Positions 10,877-14,968 of a stretch of 14,968 nucleotides of DNA are shown piece after piece. The position numbers were made by a program, and so were the translations under genes. The stretch's first letter is position 1; each line of letters begins with the position of its first letter. The notes below the pieces were generated by a model. The model saw only the letters and a program-made list of their open reading frames with translations. It had not been told where the DNA came from and searched no databases. The stretch is taken from NCBI GenBank assembly GCA_043803945.1, contig JAZDJN010000066.1, forward strand, positions 1-14,968, in the 5' to 3' direction. The stretch is from a bacterium (lineage in GTDB: Bacteria; Bacteroidota; Ignavibacteria; UBA10030).

Positions 10877-11091
10877 ATCAAAGAAATCATTTGATTTCTG
10901 ATCTGCTGTCCAGTATCAATGCCTTCTCTCTTAAACGCAAGAGAGGCATAGCCATATGTACATAACCACCATCAGAGACGGTGGGTTTCTATGCCTTACT
11001 AAAGGAAAATATATTTCCCATTTGTTTCTATTGAGGTGTAAAATAATGAGTGATTTGTTGATGAATTGTTGTTCTTCTGCGGGAATAATTT

Positions 11092-11210
11092 GTGGTTGTC
11101 CAAAAAGTATTTTCTAGTGCGAAGGCGTCCTCGCCGAGCATAATAATTTGGCTACATCCCTCGGCGAGACGCCATCGTGCTAGTGATATATTTTCATTTT
11201 AGACAGCCTC
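11092..11210. mobile_element. MITE-like element with IS-type terminal inverted repeats enclosing a REP-like long hairpin
   Basis: Ends GTGGTTGTCCAAAA (11092-11105) and TTTTAGACAGCCTC (11197-11210) are 11/14 complementary. Inner arms are CTAGTGCGAAGGCGTCCTCGCCGAG (11114-11138) and CTCGGCGAGACGCCATCGTGCTAG (11160-11183). Confidence 0.7.
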
Positions 11211-11302
11211 AAAGGGGGATTTGTCGATGGAGTTGGAGCTCCCGACGAGATATATTTGCAGCATCCAAGAAGAATCCCCCCGACCCCATTTGAGAAAGGG
11301 GG
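11211..11302. repeat. AATCCCCC...AAAGGGGG-type REP doublet, left copy apparently truncated
   Basis: GGGGGATT (11214-11221) is inverted to AATCCCCC (11273-11280), followed by the hairpin CCCCATTT-GAG-AAAGGGGG (11284-11302). Confidence 0.6.
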
Positions 11303-11405
11303 AGAAATATAAGTGTATGTAGTAGAATTGGTAAACAAGCGGAGTAAGTACCAAAAACCAAGAAATATTTCCAGCTTTGTATGGCCGCCCTAAGAGGTTG
11401 CCATG

Positions 11406-14400
11406 TTATTTCCTCTCAATTATCACATACCTGCTTCCATAGCCGGCAAGATCAATGGTACTGATGTTTGCTTGTCGCACACCAGCAGGAGTGCTTGAGA
11501 AGAACCCGACCGTCTCTCCTTTTCGCCAATTCAGTTTCACACGTTGATGATCAGCCGTTGGATTATAGAGATTGATCAGCCATGCATTGCCATTCTCCAG
11601 CGGCTTGAGGGATGTCGTAATAATTGGGGATGTTGAAAGTGTAAAGAGCGATGGCTGGAGCGGTCGAGAAGGATCTGCCGGTGTCACAATCAACGGCTCT
11701 CGTTGTTCTTTGCCAAACTTTACCGCCTCTTCCGAAGCATAGGCCAGATGCGGTTTGATGGAGTAGCGGAACACAACAAATCCGGATTGATCTGCTTTAT
11801 AGTTGGTATGCCAGTAGTTATTCATGATATAGGAAAAAAACGTTTGCGATGGTTTCAACGACTTCATCCATCCCTGCTCGGCATTGATGGCTCCCATTTC
11901 TACGAGAGGGGCATCGGAGGTCGTCCAGGTGAGTCCAAAGCGTTCATTTGAAATATCGACCCAACTCTGGACAGAGAAATAATTTTTACATGAGCCGGGC
12001 AACTGGTCCTCTTCAGCGCGGACGATACCGTTGGCCACATCGTATCGAAGAATTCCATTCGGTACATTCCATGGAAATGCGATGTGCACTCCCTCTTTTT
12101 GTCTCACCGGCTTCTTCGTAATGTGATTGATAATGTCAATGCGATCGAGGCCGTCAATAAACCGCAGTTCAAAGAGATAGTCGGTGCAGCCCGGCGCGTC
12201 TGCCCGGACGAGCAGCGAGGTCACCAGTGGCCCGCGCTCTTTCACCAGGCTCTTTCCTTTGGAAATCCGTTGGGCACTGTCGGGATTTGTACCGATAATA
12301 TAGAGGTATTGATTTCCACCCAAGCCCTTCGATGAATCCACCAATTCGACATTGGATTTTTTCCACACAATGCTTTGTATTGCGCCGGTTTTTGGATTCA
12401 GCGACGCTCTAAATGTTTTATTCTCAAGCCAGAGCGCTGATGCTACTGCGGAGCCGGGATTGAACGCTTTTCCAGGTGTGATGAAGATCCTCTTTGCAGC
12501 AAGCGGCGGCACATCGGTTACAAGCACGGCAAGCTCGCCGGTGGCTAACCGCTGAGAACGCAATTGCCTTCCCCGTTCATCAACGACAAGGTCGCCAACA
12601 GAGCTTTTTCCCTTTGCAAGAACGATCAAATCGGTGCGCGGCCAGGAGAGTGTATTATAGACATCCAGCACAATCTTGTTCTTCACTTGTTTTCCGGATG
12701 GAGGCAGCGCTTTCTGGAGTAACGCTCTCGATATGCTGTCTGCATCCTGTGCAAATTGTCGTTTGATCGCCCACTGGCCGAGAACAAACGGCAGATCCGG
12801 TTCCGAAATACTATTGTGAGCACCCCAGGTATGTTCATCGTACATAATGGCATGCCGCCACGCCAGATAATAATCTTGTTCGGGATATTGCTTCGGTTTG
12901 AGCATCGACCAGAGTGCTTCACCCTGAAGTATCCGATCCACAGCCTGTCGATTAAGTCCAGTCTCGTATGCTGTCGATGCAGCGCCATCTTCCCAGTAGG
13001 GAGAAAAATCTCCCTTCACAGTCTGCAAGGTGGATCCATATCGTTTCTCGAACTCGTTGAACATCTGATCGTGTGTAGCGATGATCAGACGCGGTGAAGC
13101 ATAGCGTTCATTCCAGCTCTTCACGAAATCGGATAACCTTGGATCGGGCGGGCCATTATCTCCGCCGACGGTGTAGGGAAGCTGAACCATATCGTAGGGA
13201 TAACGGCTCTCATCCAGTTTTCGCATCAGCTTCAGGAGCTTTTCATCCCCCATTCTGGTGAGATCGCCTTCATGAAAGTAGGCATAGCCGGTTGCCGGCA
13301 TCCACATCAGGATTTTTTCTTCGCCTGATTGTGAAGCCCAATAGAATGGCTTGTCGCCCCAATATTCATAGATATGGCCTGTACGATCAAACGGATTTGG
13401 CGATGGAGAAAAATATTTGATGCCATTTTGTGCAAGTGCAGGAACAAGCCCCCAGGTAAATCCCGGAACATCGGAGATGAGCGCTGTTGTTACCGGAACG
13501 TTGTATGCCGAGCTGAATGTGCGCATATAGCCCATCAGGTTATTCATCTCGGGAGCATTACAAAGACCGGTCAACTCGTTTGCATAGAGTCCATTCAGGC
13601 CAATCGATCCATTCCGGATGGCATTGATGAATTCCCGTTTCTTCTCCTCGCTCGCCTGTTTCATGTATCCTTCCACCGACCACATCACTTCCATGTTCCA
13701 TTTATACTGTGCATCAGATGGATAGTCGCGGGTTGCTTTGATGATCTTCAGGGCTTCATCGACATTGCGCGACTGTTTCTTCTCCACTTCCGTTTGAAGC
13801 TCCGTATAGCCGATATCATTATGGGAATAGGAAAGAAGAAATATTTCCCGCTTCGTGACGGGTTTCACCAACAAGGTTTGCTGCAACGGGCGAGTTCCAT
13901 TCCACGTGATAACAACTGGGAACGTTGTTTCCCGATTGACTGCGGGAATGGAGACAAAGAAAATGTTTGCTCCAACCTTGAGAGTGCTCCGAAGTGTATC
14001 GTTGGTTGTAGAGATAATTTCAAGAGTGGTACCCAGCTGCAGGTTGTCGAGACTCACTCTCACAGTCTGCACCACGCTCCCGCCCTGTTTGAGAAGTGCA
14101 GGTTCCAGCCGCAGCTTGGGAGTAAAATTGAAGCTGTATTCAAAAACCATATACCAATCCGGTTGATCAGCCTTTTCACCATCAACACGGAGTTGCAGCG
14201 GCATTCCGGCTTTCCCCACGGATTGTGGAACTTTCATCGTCATCAGACCATGCAGATCGCCAGCGGCATCGATCCAGGTGCATCGAAAAGAGAGTTCGCT
14301 TCCCTCGCGACCGCGGACAGTCCATTCTTTCGCAGTGGAGTCTTTCACATTTCGAAACGAGAACCACTGCTCGCCATTAATAAACATATCGAAGCGACGC

Positions 14401-14771
14401 GGCTCATCACTCTGCTTCCATCCATCTTTAGCAATTGCCGTAACCCAGAGAAAGCGATTAAATCCGTCGGCTGATGTAGCTGGAAGAGGTTCTGTCTCCC
14501 AGGATATCGATGGTGCATCGCTGCGAGTGCGGACCAGCAATGCGCGTTGTGCCTCCGGATGCGCGGAGCGATAGTCAATCTTTTGGCCGCTTATTGATTT
14601 CGCATACCCGTTGAGAAGAAAGGGCATCGAGACTTGCTTTTGGTCACCATGTGCCGTTATAATATTCAGTTGGAGACCAGGCTGTTGCTCTTGAGCTGAA
14701 AGTTGGCTCAGGAGGAACGAGAGAGCGAGACTGATGAGGAACGGCAGGCGAAGTATTTTCTTATTCATCAT
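11406..14771 (-). CDS. Secreted GH38-like glycoside hydrolase (alpha-mannosidase family) with a long N-terminal extension
   Basis: Signal peptide from MMNKKILR (ATG 14771); SHNDIGYT (HxD metal motif), SDVPGFTWG, YWEDG, YDEHTWG, VYNTLSWPR, MNNYWHTNY. The 14852 start in the ORF track falls inside intron domain VI. Confidence 0.85.
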   Translation of the reverse strand: MMNKKILRLPFLISLALSFLLSQLSAQEQQPGLQLNIITAHGDQKQVSMPFLLNGYAKSISGQKIDYRSAHPEAQRALLVRTRSDAPSISWETEPLPATSADGFNRFLWVTAIAKDGWKQSDEPRRFDMFINGEQWFSFRNVKDSTAKEWTVRGREGSELSFRCTWIDAAGDLHGLMTMKVPQSVGKAGMPLQLRVDGEKADQPDWYMVFEYSFNFTPKLRLEPALLKQGGSVVQTVRVSLDNLQLGTTLEIISTTNDTLRSTLKVGANIFFVSIPAVNRETTFPVVITWNGTRPLQQTLLVKPVTKREIFLLSYSHNDIGYTELQTEVEKKQSRNVDEALKIIKATRDYPSDAQYKWNMEVMWSVEGYMKQASEEKKREFINAIRNGSIGLNGLYANELTGLCNAPEMNNLMGYMRTFSSAYNVPVTTALISDVPGFTWGLVPALAQNGIKYFSPSPNPFDRTGHIYEYWGDKPFYWASQSGEEKILMWMPATGYAYFHEGDLTRMGDEKLLKLMRKLDESRYPYDMVQLPYTVGGDNGPPDPRLSDFVKSWNERYASPRLIIATHDQMFNEFEKRYGSTLQTVKGDFSPYWEDGAASTAYETGLNRQAVDRILQGEALWSMLKPKQYPEQDYYLAWRHAIMYDEHTWGAHNSISEPDLPFVLGQWAIKRQFAQDADSISRALLQKALPPSGKQVKNKIVLDVYNTLSWPRTDLIVLAKGKSSVGDLVVDERGRQLRSQRLATGELAVLVTDVPPLAAKRIFITPGKAFNPGSAVASALWLENKTFRASLNPKTGAIQSIVWKKSNVELVDSSKGLGGNQYLYIIGTNPDSAQRISKGKSLVKERGPLVTSLLVRADAPGCTDYLFELRFIDGLDRIDIINHITKKPVRQKEGVHIAFPWNVPNGILRYDVANGIVRAEEDQLPGSCKNYFSVQSWVDISNERFGLTWTTSDAPLVEMGAINAEQGWMKSLKPSQTFFSYIMNNYWHTNYKADQSGFVVFRYSIKPHLAYASEEAVKFGKEQREPLIVTPADPSRPLQPSLFTLSTSPIITTSLKPLENGNAWLINLYNPTADHQRVKLNWRKGETVGFFSSTPAGVRQANISTIDLAGYGSRYVIIERK

Positions 14772-14830
14772 AGATGGAACCGTAAGAATAGTTGACAATA
14801 AATATAGAGACCCAGTAGAAAAAGCTGCCA

Positions 14831-14968
<138 letters not shown>

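Noticed and set aside
13374-14474. 366-aa plus-strand ORF and the other short ORFs overlapping the main genes
   Set aside because: Antisense or off-frame shadows of well-supported genes.

Overview
Bacterial carbohydrate-utilisation region with all real genes on the minus strand; the gene and repeat content suggests a Bacteroidota/Ignavibacteria-like host (inference). In transcription order it holds: the 3' end of a group II intron (domains V-VI), a large secreted GH38-like hydrolase, about 1 kb of non-coding DNA packed with palindromic elements and a collapsed acetyl-CoA synthetase remnant, a secreted alpha-galactosidase-like hydrolase, a REP-associated tyrosine (HUH/Y1) transposase, a coiled-coil protein, a GH2 beta-galactosidase, a carboxypeptidase-regulatory-like domain protein and an N-acylglucosamine 2-epimerase. 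The most striking structure is a 2.1-kb module (6034-8122). Five co-oriented hairpins with CTAAC...GTTAG-type ends divide it into cassette-like units, one carrying the RAYT and one carrying a coiled-coil gene bracketed by two 98-bp direct repeats. Nearly every other intergenic gap holds a different REP/MITE-like family, some nested. Product calls come from motif recognition only; no searches were run.
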